A stretch of DNA of 63,847 bases, counting the filler, from Stramenopiles sp. TOSAG23-2 (lineage: Eukaryota), in the NCBI GenBank assembly GCA_900128395.1. It is 11 parts of 11 records of this genome, joined end to end, with 100 filler letters (N's around TTAATTAATTAA, not from the genome) between each part and the next. Parts side by side here need not be neighbours in the genome. Positions count along the whole stretch, not along the records: positions 34,928 to 40,639 come from LT650607.1; positions 40,740 to 46,447 come from LT650608.1; 9 more parts are not named here. One strand, 5' to 3'. Position numbers and translations under genes: made by a program. The notes beneath the pieces were generated by a model. It saw nothing but the letters and a program-made list of their open reading frames with translations. It had not been told where the DNA came from and ran no database searches. The number at the start of each line of letters is the position of its first letter. The stretch's first letter is position 1. Shown one piece after another: positions 35,088 through 46,446 of this stretch.

Positions 35088-35944
35088 ATTTTTGTTGTTG
35101 TATAATTGTATTATTGCTATATATCTTTGTATTGTTGTTATATCTGTGGGGAAAAAAATAATAATAATAATTTGATCTGTATTGATTTCTTCTAAGAGTG
35201 ATGCGGTTATCTATCATTCTTCATAAATAATATTCATAATTCTGGCTAAATATAAATAATGGAGCGAGATTGATGACGATTCAATCCGGGTGTTACCACA
35301 AGGTATAGCTTAAGCTAACTTGGCTATAGCTAAATCACCTGTAAAATATATACTGTGATAAAATATGATTACCCTTAACATGAATTAATAGTAATACATT
35401 ATTAATACTGTGTAGGATGAAAAATAAAGTGCAAGCCCAGGGCAAGCCTAAGGCAAGAAGCAAAAAATATTATTAAAGATCCATCACAGATTTATAAAAA
35501 GATATACCACACTGGCACAATCAAATGCTATTTCGATATAAAAACAGCTTTGTACAAAATGTGAGAATAGATCTGAGAAATCATAAATTCCTTAATTTTA
35601 AAAATGAAATCTGGTAGAGAGCAGCTTAAGCTGGAAAGCCTGGAAAGCCCATATAAAGCCTGGAAAGCCCAGAAAGATCGAAGCTGCTATAGGAGGAAAG
35701 CTAGCTGGCCGGCTAAGTGCAAAAATGAAAATTCAATCAGAAAAAAGATTTATTATATACATGTATTTATTGTATTTATTATCGATACTACTGTGGTTAC
35801 TGTGATTGTGTATATATATTGTAGATATATATATATAAAATGTTAATGTATTTATAGAGATACTACATCACCACAAAAACTCTTTCGTAATTCAGTTAAA
35901 AAATATCTTTCAACAACAATAATAGTAAAATAATAATAATAATC

Positions 35945-37462
35945 ATGATAAAAACGAATGATAAAAATACTACCAGATTAATGGAAAATGGTAGACATGT
36001 AAATTATTCTTCATTAAATGATGAAGACGACGGTCCAAAAAAAAAGCAAGACAACGTTGTTAATAATAATACAATATATAAAAGTACACCTTGGCGTTGG
36101 TTCGTTTTGTTTTATTTTTCATTATCTAATTGTAATCAATGCTTATCATGGTTTTCATTTTCTTCCATTGATGAAAAGACTATGGGTATTTATTTTGGAG
36201 AAAAAATGGATCATGACACGTTGGATTTATTATTAAATTGGGGCCCAATTATCGGAGTTTTGGTTTTCTTTCCGCAAACAAAATTAGCAGAAAAACCAGG
36301 TGGTTTTCAAAAAGGATGTTGGCTTGGTATTATATTAGTATTATTAGGAAATATCATACGTTGTATACCAATTGTTATAACAGAAATTTCGCAGAATAAT
36401 TTTGCAAAAACAGATATTGCTTTTATTTGTTACCATTTTGGACAAATCTTAATTGCTGCAGCTGGTCCATTTTTTATGGGAACAGTCACTGCATTATCAC
36501 AAATATGGTTTCTTGAAAATGAACGTACAACAGCCACTGCTATTGCAACAACAGCTAATGCATTAGGTACTACAATTGGATATTTAAATCCACAATGGTT
36601 AACATTAAATCCATCACAAATTCCTAATTTGTTTTATTTTTCATTAATTTTAGCATTTATCCCATTGTTTTGTGCACTTTTGTATTTACCTGCACAACCG
36701 GTGAATGCTCCAAGTCGAGCTGCAGCATTAAGTCGTGATGATGAAATGGCAAGTATTACTAATGATAATAATAATAATGATAATAAATCAAACAGTATTA
36801 TTGATGATAACAAGGAAAGAAATGTTACTAGTACAAAACAAGAAAGTTACATTGAAAAATTATTCAATGCAGGGTCAAACCGTTCATTTGTAACTCTTGT
36901 AGTAGCAGCATCTGTTTTAAGTGGTGTACAATCATGTTGGGGTTCGTTGTTTCAATCGATTTTAGGACCAGCAGGAATTTCATCATCCTCAGTTTCTTGG
37001 ATTGGATTTGGAAATGGATGTACACAAAATTTAGGTGCTATATTATCCGGATGGACTATCGATAGATTTTTCACAAGACGATTAAAGTTTGGTATGATTT
37101 TAGGATTGATTGGTTGTGTATTGGCAACTGGATGGTTTACTTTTATGATATGGAATAGTTCTGCAACGGATCGTCCATCTGAATTTGCATTGGTGCTTGC
37201 ATTATGTATCAGTGGATTTTTCAGTGGTTCAACAACACCATTGTTTTATGAATTATCAGCAGAGTTGATATATCCAGTCAAAGAAGGTGTTTCCGCTGGA
37301 ATTTTAGTCATGTTACTAAATGCAACATCTTGTATTACTATTTTTTTAAATAATATTGCAAGTGGCACATCGATGAATATGATTATGACAGGAACGGTGT
37401 TCTTTGTTTTACTTGCTGTTGTATTTTTCATTCATGAAGAATATCGAAGACCGCAAAATTAA
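35945..37462 (+). CDS. MFS transporter, FLVCR/DIRC2 (SLC49)-like
   Basis: WRWFVL, WFLENERTTATAI, FYELSAELIYPVKEG; many predicted TM segments. Confidence 0.9.
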   Translation: MIKTNDKNTTRLMENGRHVNYSSLNDEDDGPKKKQDNVVNNNTIYKSTPWRWFVLFYFSLSNCNQCLSWFSFSSIDEKTMGIYFGEKMDHDTLDLLLNWGPIIGVLVFFPQTKLAEKPGGFQKGCWLGIILVLLGNIIRCIPIVITEISQNNFAKTDIAFICYHFGQILIAAAGPFFMGTVTALSQIWFLENERTTATAIATTANALGTTIGYLNPQWLTLNPSQIPNLFYFSLILAFIPLFCALLYLPAQPVNAPSRAAALSRDDEMASITNDNNNNDNKSNSIIDDNKERNVTSTKQESYIEKLFNAGSNRSFVTLVVAASVLSGVQSCWGSLFQSILGPAGISSSSVSWIGFGNGCTQNLGAILSGWTIDRFFTRRLKFGMILGLIGCVLATGWFTFMIWNSSATDRPSEFALVLALCISGFFSGSTTPLFYELSAELIYPVKEGVSAGILVMLLNATSCITIFLNNIASGTSMNMIMTGTVFFVLLAVVFFIHEEYRRPQN

Positions 37463-37738
37463 AATCTTTATCTAAAAAATTAAAAAAAAAATCTTTTATA
37501 CGAAGCTTCGTATATATAAAAATATACGTCGTATATACATATATAACATATAACTTAATTTTAATGCATAACTGTATATATATTATTAAATAAAATTGAA
37601 AAATTTGTGGTCAAATTTAAATGGTACGAAGTAATACGATATGATAAATATAACAAATATACTGCGTGAAAGTATACGTTCGTATTATTTTACACATCCA
37701 TCTTCTGGCTTAGTCAAATTACCTCTTGCCATACATTT

Positions 37739-37957
37739 TCATTGCCCAATCTCTTCACCATCTTTCCATGTACCTTCATATACATCGCCATTAGAAGAAA
37801 TACATTTTCCTTGTCCATGTCTTTTGCCATCTTTCCATGCACCTTCATATACATTACCATTAGAATAAATACATTTTCCTTGTCCATTCGCTATACCATC
37901 TTCCCATGCACCTTCATATACATCGCCATTTGGCCGAACAAATTTTCCTTGTCCATT
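37739..37957 (-). pseudogene. MORN-repeat gene remnant (three repeats); not in the ORF track
   Basis: NGQGKFVRPNGDVYEGAWEDGIANGQGKCIYSNGNVYEGAWKDGKRHGQGK...GQ*KC; preceded by TAG, and TGA stands where the repeat has GGA. Confidence 0.7.
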
Positions 37958-38444
37958 CTACCTTAACCTGGTAAATCACATCTAAAAAAATTTTTGGTGA
38001 TGTATTATTTATACGTTTAGGCATTATAGTGCACATTTCCACTTGAAATAAAATATATAATTAAAATCATAGTACTATAATTTAATATGCGAAATGGATG
38101 TTGTACATTGTATGCGATGACTCGTGTATTGTATAAAATTATTTATGCAATATAATCGTTGGAAAAAAACATTTATTCATTTATGTTTGTCATAAGATAA
38201 TGATATTTAGATGTTATTTTTTGAGCATACACGAACCAAAAATAAAAAAAAGCTATCTGTACGTAAAAAACCAGTGCTTTATGATATTTATATGCTACTC
38301 TAAAGTAATTTGCTGAAAATACGGTTTACGATCTTTTCGTGCGTGCCACATAAAAACATGGTACATTTGTAACTGATGTGATTAATGATTAACTTGATTG
38401 GAGTTGAGCTAGCCCAGCTAGCCCAGGGCTAGCTACCCAGTACG

Positions 38445-38628
38445 CAGTGCTAAAACCCTCGTGTCAAAACTGAACACTTAACAAATTAACACTATTCACT
38501 ATTAGAACTGTAGGAAATATTAATATATATATATATATATATCGTTTTTTAAAATGCCAATTTTATTTTTCATATAGTTGTTAAAAATATCCGAAAATAT
38601 AGAAAAAAATTATGAATATTTCCCCCCC
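38445..38628. repeat. Upstream repeat family B copy with the internal block inverted
   Basis: Head matches 3318-3392 directly; 38511-38628 matches 3393-3500 as reverse complement. Confidence 0.7.
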
Positions 38629-38853
38629 AAAAAATCCCACTATTATTTTTTTGAAATTTGTTTACTACTACTACGAGCTACTTTAACTTCAACAACATTA
38701 TATTTTATATTGTGGTTGGTATAAATATACATGTAGTTCCCTTTTCTTCAAATATTTTTAATATATATAAAATATATATTTACATATTAATATAGAACTA
38801 ACATATCAGATAGAGAACTATATATATATATTATATATATAAGAAACTACTCG

Positions 38854-40254
38854 ATGAACTTGTTCCTCTCTTTGTTACTACTTTGTTCCTTAGGGTTTTC
38901 TCAAGAGGCTGAGGTTGTGGTAACCCCAGAAGACTTTGGCGCTGTCGGTGACGGTAAAACCAGTGACTGGTTGCCAATACAAAATGCACTTGCATTCTGC
39001 TCCACTATTGTTTATAAAGAAAGTAATCAAACTAATACGTGGTGTCGTGTGCGTTTTTCCAAGTCATACGTCTCGGGTCCACTGGTCATAAACAGTTCGC
39101 GAACGACTTTGGAGATTGTGCAGGGTGCAGAAGTCCTGATGCTCCCAAAAGTTGATTATGAAACTGCTTGTCCACAAAAAGGATGTCCTTTCATTTCTAC
39201 GTCACCTGGATTACACGGGTGCCACACCATTTATCCTAATAGAAATTCACCCACGGATGGATACAAGGTGTGCCTCTCTGATATCACCATCACTGGCGAA
39301 GGCACGATTAATGGTGCTTCTACTTGGGATCCAAACAGTTGGTGGCTGTGTGCAAGGTTGCAACTTAAAAATTGCTGGCGGCCAATCTTGAATCACTTGA
39401 CAAACGTTCATCGCCTTACTATCAATGGTTCACTCGCCATGAAAAATCCGCCGACTGGGTTCTTGAGGCTGAATGAAAACGTAGAGACAAGGGTTTCAGG
39501 TTTGAATTTCAATGCGCCATACTTTACCAGAAACACGGATGGGATCAATGTCTATGGTGGCTTCGATACACTTCTCGAGAATTCTGTAATCGATAATGGC
39601 GATGATTGTGTATCCATCGTCCCCACTGGTGAATGGATCGATAATGGAAATTTTTGCTTCAAGGATCCATCTAATATTCTATGCAGTGGTGGCCATGCGA
39701 TTATTCGAAACTTTACTTGCAATGGTGGGCACGGTTTGTCCATCGGCGGAATTCGTCATGGGACTGTCAAAAACGTGACATTTTTAAATATTACAGCGAC
39801 AGGTGGTCAAGAAGGAAGCACACAAGATGGTGCGGCTGGTGGAGGGTGCAGGATCAAGAGCAGACCAAACTCAACGGGTACCGTGAGGGACATACGCTAC
39901 GAAAACATGTACTTCGATAAAGTATACTGGCCACTACAGTTACTTGGTCATTACTGCCCTTTCCCTTGCCATCAACCAAACGGGAATACAAGCACACTCT
40001 TCACCAACATTTCTTTTGAGCGAGTGAGTGGAAGTACTAGCCAGAAGAGCCTTCTCCCATACACCAAGACGACGGTGGCCCAGTTCAAGTGCACAAAGTA
40101 TGCTCCTTGTAGGAATATCACAATGCGCAAAGTTACTTTAACCGACCGTGATGGGAAGAAAGGAAAGCTTGAATGTGAAAATGTTGCCAGCATGAGCATT
40201 GACAATGCATCCTCGCCAAATGCGTGTTCAGATGGAAGTAAAGTCTTACGTTAG
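38854..40254 (+). CDS. Secreted GH28 polygalacturonase-like glycoside hydrolase
   Basis: Signal peptide; DFGAVGDG; catalytic motifs NTDG, GDDC, GHG, RIK. Confidence 0.92.
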   Translation: MNLFLSLLLLCSLGFSQEAEVVVTPEDFGAVGDGKTSDWLPIQNALAFCSTIVYKESNQTNTWCRVRFSKSYVSGPLVINSSRTTLEIVQGAEVLMLPKVDYETACPQKGCPFISTSPGLHGCHTIYPNRNSPTDGYKVCLSDITITGEGTINGASTWDPNSWWLCARLQLKNCWRPILNHLTNVHRLTINGSLAMKNPPTGFLRLNENVETRVSGLNFNAPYFTRNTDGINVYGGFDTLLENSVIDNGDDCVSIVPTGEWIDNGNFCFKDPSNILCSGGHAIIRNFTCNGGHGLSIGGIRHGTVKNVTFLNITATGGQEGSTQDGAAGGGCRIKSRPNSTGTVRDIRYENMYFDKVYWPLQLLGHYCPFPCHQPNGNTSTLFTNISFERVSGSTSQKSLLPYTKTTVAQFKCTKYAPCRNITMRKVTLTDRDGKKGKLECENVASMSIDNASSPNACSDGSKVLR

Positions 40255-40740
40255 ATGTTTCGGCCCGTGATAACAGTGTGTTTCAAGACTTAAATAATTT
40301 ACTTGGACTTCCTTTACGAAATAAAAGAAGGAAGCGGCGTTGACATGGCTGCTTTAAAGGCAGTACAAAAAAATCGTTTGGAAAGGGGAGTGAAAAAATT
40401 ATTTTTGTTTTTTGTTTTTTTAAATATATAAAAAATTAGAGTAAAATAAAATGTAAAATAATTATATATTAATTTTGAAAAAAACACAATCATTAGTAGC
40501 AGTATATAATTTCACAAGAGATATTTGTAAAATAATACGCACGCACACACACACAAAAGCACTTTTTTTAACAAAACACACGTTGTGTGTCCAACTTTTT
40601 TAATCCTCCTCTTCCTCATCAGGCAATTTCATATAAAAANNNNNNNNNNNNNNNNNNNNNNNNNNNNNNNNNNNNNNNNNNNNTTAATTAATTAANNNNN
40701 NNNNNNNNNNNNNNNNNNNNNNNNNNNNNNNNNNNNNNNG

Positions 40741-42117
40741 TCGGAACGGAGGAGAAGTAGGAAACTAAAAGAAGAACTTGATCGTGTTACAAGAGATGCA
40801 AAAAATTTTAGTCTACATAGTAAAAATTTTTCATCATCAAAACATCGATCATCACGCAACGATTATTTATCATCTGTGTCTGAAAATACAAGAGCTCATC
40901 GTACACCACCAAGACCAAGAGGTTTAAGGCGTGTTGGTAGTTATGATTCTTTGCAACAAAATATAAATAGTACATTTTCTAACGATCGCATTCAGCGGTT
41001 TAAAAGTAATAGTTTCGATTCGTCCCCAACCAATAAATCTACATCTAGGAAAGCATTTACTTTTGCAAATGGAAACAATAGGCTTGCAAATGCACCCCGT
41101 GTCTCGAAAACAGGTGAAAAATATAAATTATACCCAGATTATTCAAAGAGAAGTCGTACGTCATCATGGGCAACCGGCCAGGGCTCTAGTAATAATAATG
41201 ATAAACATAAATCGACTAAAAGTAAAGCTATGAAAAAAATTGCAAGTTGGAATGAGGAACATAAAAGTGCTAGTCAATTGCGAAAGCAGCGGCAACGGGA
41301 ACAAATAGAAAAGAAATTAAAAGAAAAATTAGGAAGTAAAAAATCCAATATGGAAAAACAATACGAAGTTGGCTTAGAATCACAATATGTATCTCCATTA
41401 TCATGGTCAAAAGCAGAATCAACCGTTGATCGTGGAGACACTATTGTTGTGAACCCTGTATATTATAAATCAAGTGCAATGCCGCCTGGACCATCAATGT
41501 ATGAACGGTATATTCGTTGCTGTGCCTATCAAGAATCTACGTTTGAAACACCATCACCAGTATTAAGTTGGTTGTATTTAGGTGATCGCCATGATGCGCG
41601 AGATCGCGCGACGTTTGAAGATTTAGGTATTAATTATGTAATAAATGCAACTACGGATATAGATAATTATTTTGAAGGTGAAATTATCAATGGACGTCCT
41701 ATGAGATATATGAATGTTGATTTAAATGATGCGGAAGGTGTTGATATTATGTGCCATTTCGCAAAGACAAATAGATTTTTGATGAAATGCAAACGTTTGG
41801 GTGGAAAAGCACTTGTACATTGTCGAGCAGGTGTTTCAAGAAGTACATCTATAACCTGTGCATTTTTAATGTTTAATGAAACATGGCGATTATGTGATTC
41901 AATTGATTATTGTAGAAAAAAACGTTTTATAATTGATCCAAATATTGATTTTAGATTACAATTAGCATTATATGAAATCTTTTTATTTGGTAAATCAACT
42001 GTAAAAGCAAGATTAAGTTGGAAAGAATGGGATTCCTATCGTTTACGTTCATTATTAAATAAACCTGGTGTAGAAGTTTGTTATACTGCTTCACAAAGTC
42101 CTTGTACAATCATGTAG
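40741..42117 (+). CDS. Dual-specificity protein phosphatase, 5' partial
   Basis: LYLG, HCRAGVSRS (CX5R), PNIDF; frame open to the contig start; ends in CTIM. Confidence 0.9.
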   Translation, partial: SERRRSRKLKEELDRVTRDAKNFSLHSKNFSSSKHRSSRNDYLSSVSENTRAHRTPPRPRGLRRVGSYDSLQQNINSTFSNDRIQRFKSNSFDSSPTNKSTSRKAFTFANGNNRLANAPRVSKTGEKYKLYPDYSKRSRTSSWATGQGSSNNNDKHKSTKSKAMKKIASWNEEHKSASQLRKQRQREQIEKKLKEKLGSKKSNMEKQYEVGLESQYVSPLSWSKAESTVDRGDTIVVNPVYYKSSAMPPGPSMYERYIRCCAYQESTFETPSPVLSWLYLGDRHDARDRATFEDLGINYVINATTDIDNYFEGEIINGRPMRYMNVDLNDAEGVDIMCHFAKTNRFLMKCKRLGGKALVHCRAGVSRSTSITCAFLMFNETWRLCDSIDYCRKKRFIIDPNIDFRLQLALYEIFLFGKSTVKARLSWKEWDSYRLRSLLNKPGVEVCYTASQSPCTIM

Positions 42118-42638
42118 TGTGGCGTGTGTACTGTGTAGTTGTTTTTAATTTTTTTACGTAATTAAAAAGTGTTTTTGCACCTCGTGTTTCTCTGGACACC
42201 ATAGATATATACGTTTCCCAGGAAGACTAATAACTCCTTGTGTCATATAATAATATGATACAGTATTATTATTATATGTTCAAGAGACAGAGATGTGTTA
42301 TTATAGCATTTGCAAATACCTGGTACATACAGACATCAGTATCAAGTATCAAGAATACCAGGAATAGCACAGAATAGTGAGAACACATCTTTTTACACAC
42401 AGCATATATCTAAAAAAGCCTGTTTTGCCAAGGCAGGATAGCATGTAAATAGCACACGGATGTAATAATAATTAATTTACCCTCATCATCATCCATTTTA
42501 TCTAGAAGAGTTCCCAGAGTTCGAAGAAGAAATACAATACGTCACACTGAAAAGGTAAAACGTGAAAGTATAAAAACACACACACACAAAAGAGAGAGAT
42601 ACATTTATACAAACAGAATCAAACATAACAACAACAAC

Positions 42639-43538
42639 ATGGGGGATAATGATAAATATGCAAAATTGACACCATACCAAAATACGAAATTAGGTATGTA
42701 TTGTGGATCCCTAGAGGTCATGTTATTACAACCAATTTTATATTTAAAAAATGCTACACAGCAAAGGTTACCTTTAACAATAAACCCACGTTATCTGTAT
42801 CGCGGGTTATCTTCATCTATTGCAAATATGGGAGCATTAACGGCGATCCAATTTCCGTTAACTAGCACAGTAAAAAAGGTCATGTTAGGTGGTAATGTAA
42901 CTAAACGAAAATTAACAGATTTTGAAAAAATATCTGCTAGTTTTACAGGAGGATTCCTGTCTGGGATTGTTTGTACTCCTATCGAACTTGTAATGATACA
43001 ACAACAACGAAATGGAGGTACAATACTTCGAACTCCAAGCCAAATTATTAAAACATATGGTGGTAGTAAATTAATGCGTGGTTTATTGCCTTCTTGTGTC
43101 CGTGAAGGTTTTTGGACATGTGCATATTTAGGAGTCGGCCCTGTGCTATCTTCACGATTACAAAGTGATTATAATTTTAGTTTATGGCAAGCTAAAATTG
43201 GTGGATCTATTATAGGTGGAATATTTGCTGCAACTGTAAGTCATCCAGCTGATACGATTAAAACCTGCATGCAAGGTGATTTAGGAAATGAAACATATAA
43301 AGGTGTAATTGATACTGGAAAACGACTAATTCAACAATCAAAACTTGAAGGTGGATATGGTATGGAACGTTTTTTCAGTGGCTTACATTGGAGAATTGGA
43401 AGGTCTATTCTTTCAATATTTGTTATCATGGAACTCATGGAGCGTATAACACCTGTTTTATATCCCGATGTATTTTTAAGTGATGATGATGATAATTATG
43501 AAAAAAAAGTAAGAAACAATAGAATTTGTAGTGTGTAA
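42639..43538 (+). CDS. Mitochondrial carrier (SLC25 family)
   Basis: Three PX[DE]XX[KR]-like repeats: QPILYLKN, TPIELVMIQQQ, HPADTIKTCMQ. Confidence 0.9.
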   Translation: MGDNDKYAKLTPYQNTKLGMYCGSLEVMLLQPILYLKNATQQRLPLTINPRYLYRGLSSSIANMGALTAIQFPLTSTVKKVMLGGNVTKRKLTDFEKISASFTGGFLSGIVCTPIELVMIQQQRNGGTILRTPSQIIKTYGGSKLMRGLLPSCVREGFWTCAYLGVGPVLSSRLQSDYNFSLWQAKIGGSIIGGIFAATVSHPADTIKTCMQGDLGNETYKGVIDTGKRLIQQSKLEGGYGMERFFSGLHWRIGRSILSIFVIMELMERITPVLYPDVFLSDDDDNYEKKVRNNRICSV

Positions 43539-43648
43539 AATATTGTAAAAATTAAACACGCGACGTAAAAAAATATGTATATTATATATATATATATATA
43601 TATAATATACATATTTTTTTACGTCGCGTGTTTAATTTTTACAATATT

Positions 43649-44548
43649 TTACACACTACAAATTCTATTGTTTCTTACTTTTTTTTCATAATTATCATCA
43701 TCATCACTTAAAAATACATCGGGATATAAAACAGGTGTTATACGCTCCATGAGTTCCATGATAACAAATATTGAAAGAATAGACCTTCCAATTCTCCAAT
43801 GTAAGCCACTGAAAAAACGTTCCATACCATATCCACCTTCAAGTTTTGATTGTTGAATTAGTCGTTTTCCAGTATCAATTACACCTTTATATGTTTCATT
43901 TCCTAAATCACCTTGCATGCAGGTTTTAATCGTATCAGCTGGATGACTTACAGTTGCAGCAAATATTCCACCTATAATAGATCCACCAATTTTAGCTTGC
44001 CATAAACTAAAATTATAATCACTTTGTAATCGTGAAGATAGCACAGGGCCGACTCCTAAATATGCACATGTCCAAAAACCTTCACGGACACAAGAAGGCA
44101 ATAAACCACGCATTAATTTACTACCACCATATGTTTTAATAATTTGGCTTGGAGTTCGAAGTATTGTACCTCCATTTCGTTGTTGTTGTATCATTACAAG
44201 TTCGATAGGAGTACAAACAATCCCAGACAGGAATCCTCCTGTAAAACTAGCAGATATTTTTTCAAAATCTGTTAATTTTCGTTTAGTTACATTACCACCT
44301 AACATGACCTTTTTTACTGTGCTAGTTAACGGAAATTGGATCGCCGTTAATGCTCCCATATTTGCAATAGATGAAGATAACCCGCGATACAGATAACGTG
44401 GGTTTATTGTTAAAGGTAACCTTTGCTGTGTAGCATTTTTTAAATATAAAATTGGTTGTAATAACATGACCTCTAGGGATCCACAATACATACCTAATTT
44501 CGTATTTTGGTATGGTGTCAATTTTGCATATTTATCATTATCCCCCAT
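43649..44548 (-). CDS. Mitochondrial carrier, mirror copy in the palindrome
   Basis: Identical translation to 42639-43538. Confidence 0.6.
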   Translation of the reverse strand: MGDNDKYAKLTPYQNTKLGMYCGSLEVMLLQPILYLKNATQQRLPLTINPRYLYRGLSSSIANMGALTAIQFPLTSTVKKVMLGGNVTKRKLTDFEKISASFTGGFLSGIVCTPIELVMIQQQRNGGTILRTPSQIIKTYGGSKLMRGLLPSCVREGFWTCAYLGVGPVLSSRLQSDYNFSLWQAKIGGSIIGGIFAATVSHPADTIKTCMQGDLGNETYKGVIDTGKRLIQQSKLEGGYGMERFFSGLHWRIGRSILSIFVIMELMERITPVLYPDVFLSDDDDNYEKKVRNNRICSV

Positions 44549-45069
44549 GTTGTTGTTGTTATGTTTGATTCTGTTTGTATAAATGTATCTCTCTCTTTTG
44601 TGTGTGTGTGTTTTTATACTTTCACGTTTTACCTTTTCAGTGTGACGTATTGTATTTCTTCTTCGAACTCTGGGAACTCTTCTAGATAAAATGGATGATG
44701 ATGAGGGTAAATTAATTATTATTACATCCGTGTGCTATTTACATGCTATCCTGCCTTGGCAAAACAGGCTTTTTTAGATATATGCTGTGTGTAAAAAGAT
44801 GTGTTCTCACTATTCTGTGCTATTCCTGGTATTCTTGATACTTGATACTGATGTCTGTATGTACCAGGTATTTGCAAATGCTATAATAACACATCTCTGT
44901 CTCTTGAACATATAATAATAATACTGTATCATATTATTATATGACACAAGGAGTTATTAGTCTTCCTGGGAAACGTATATATCTATGGTGTCCAGAGAAA
45001 CACGAGGTGCAAAAACACTTTTTAATTACGTAAAAAAATTAAAAACAACTACACAGTACACACGCCACA

Positions 45070-46446
45070 CTACATGATTGTACAAGGACTTTGTGAAGCA
45101 GTATAACAAACTTCTACACCAGGTTTATTTAATAATGAACGTAAACGATAGGAATCCCATTCTTTCCAACTTAATCTTGCTTTTACAGTTGATTTACCAA
45201 ATAAAAAGATTTCATATAATGCTAATTGTAATCTAAAATCAATATTTGGATCAATTATAAAACGTTTTTTTCTACAATAATCAATTGAATCACATAATCG
45301 CCATGTTTCATTAAACATTAAAAATGCACAGGTTATAGATGTACTTCTTGAAACACCTGCTCGACAATGTACAAGTGCTTTTCCACCCAAACGTTTGCAT
45401 TTCATCAAAAATCTATTTGTCTTTGCGAAATGGCACATAATATCAACACCTTCCGCATCATTTAAATCAACATTCATATATCTCATAGGACGTCCATTGA
45501 TAATTTCACCTTCAAAATAATTATCTATATCCGTAGTTGCATTTATTACATAATTAATACCTAAATCTTCAAACGTCGCGCGATCTCGCGCATCATGGCG
45601 ATCACCTAAATACAACCAACTTAATACTGGTGATGGTGTTTCAAACGTAGATTCTTGATAGGCACAGCAACGAATATACCGTTCATACATTGATGGTCCA
45701 GGCGGCATTGCACTTGATTTATAATATACAGGGTTCACAACAATAGTGTCTCCACGATCAACGGTTGATTCTGCTTTTGACCATGATAATGGAGATACAT
45801 ATTGTGATTCTAAGCCAACTTCGTATTGTTTTTCCATATTGGATTTTTTACTTCCTAATTTTTCTTTTAATTTCTTTTCTATTTGTTCCCGTTGCCGCTG
45901 CTTTCGCAATTGACTAGCACTTTTATGTTCCTCATTCCAACTTGCAATTTTTTTCATAGCTTTACTTTTAGTCGATTTATGTTTATCATTATTATTACTA
46001 GAGCCCTGGCCGGTTGCCCATGATGACGTACGACTTCTCTTTGAATAATCTGGGTATAATTTATATTTTTCACCTGTTTTCGAGACACGGGGTGCATTTG
46101 CAAGCCTATTGTTTCCATTTGCAAAAGTAAATGCTTTCCTAGATGTAGATTTATTGGTTGGGGACGAATCGAAACTATTACTTTTAAACCGCTGAATGCG
46201 ATCGTTAGAAAATGTACTATTTATATTTTGTTGCAAAGAATCATAACTACCAACACGCCTTAAACCTCTTGGTCTTGGTGGTGTACGATGAGCTCTTGTA
46301 TTTTCAGACACAGATGATAAATAATCGTTGCGTGATGATCGATGTTTTGATGATGAAAAATTTTTACTATGTAGACTAAAATTTTTTGCATCTCTTCTAA
46401 CACGATCAAGTTCTTCTTTTAGTTTCCTACTTCTCCTCCGTTCCGA
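45070..46446 (-). CDS. Dual-specificity phosphatase, mirror copy in the palindrome
   Basis: Identical to 40741-42117 apart from one codon (ACA vs AGA). Confidence 0.6.
   Translation of the reverse strand, partial: SERRRSRKLKEELDRVRRDAKNFSLHSKNFSSSKHRSSRNDYLSSVSENTRAHRTPPRPRGLRRVGSYDSLQQNINSTFSNDRIQRFKSNSFDSSPTNKSTSRKAFTFANGNNRLANAPRVSKTGEKYKLYPDYSKRSRTSSWATGQGSSNNNDKHKSTKSKAMKKIASWNEEHKSASQLRKQRQREQIEKKLKEKLGSKKSNMEKQYEVGLESQYVSPLSWSKAESTVDRGDTIVVNPVYYKSSAMPPGPSMYERYIRCCAYQESTFETPSPVLSWLYLGDRHDARDRATFEDLGINYVINATTDIDNYFEGEIINGRPMRYMNVDLNDAEGVDIMCHFAKTNRFLMKCKRLGGKALVHCRAGVSRSTSITCAFLMFNETWRLCDSIDYCRKKRFIIDPNIDFRLQLALYEIFLFGKSTVKARLSWKEWDSYRLRSLLNKPGVEVCYTASQSPCTIM

Noticed and set aside
37739-37741. 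TGA in a MORN repeat as selenocysteine or recoding
   Set aside because: The position corresponds to Gly (GGA); no SECIS seen; other genes use TGA as a normal stop
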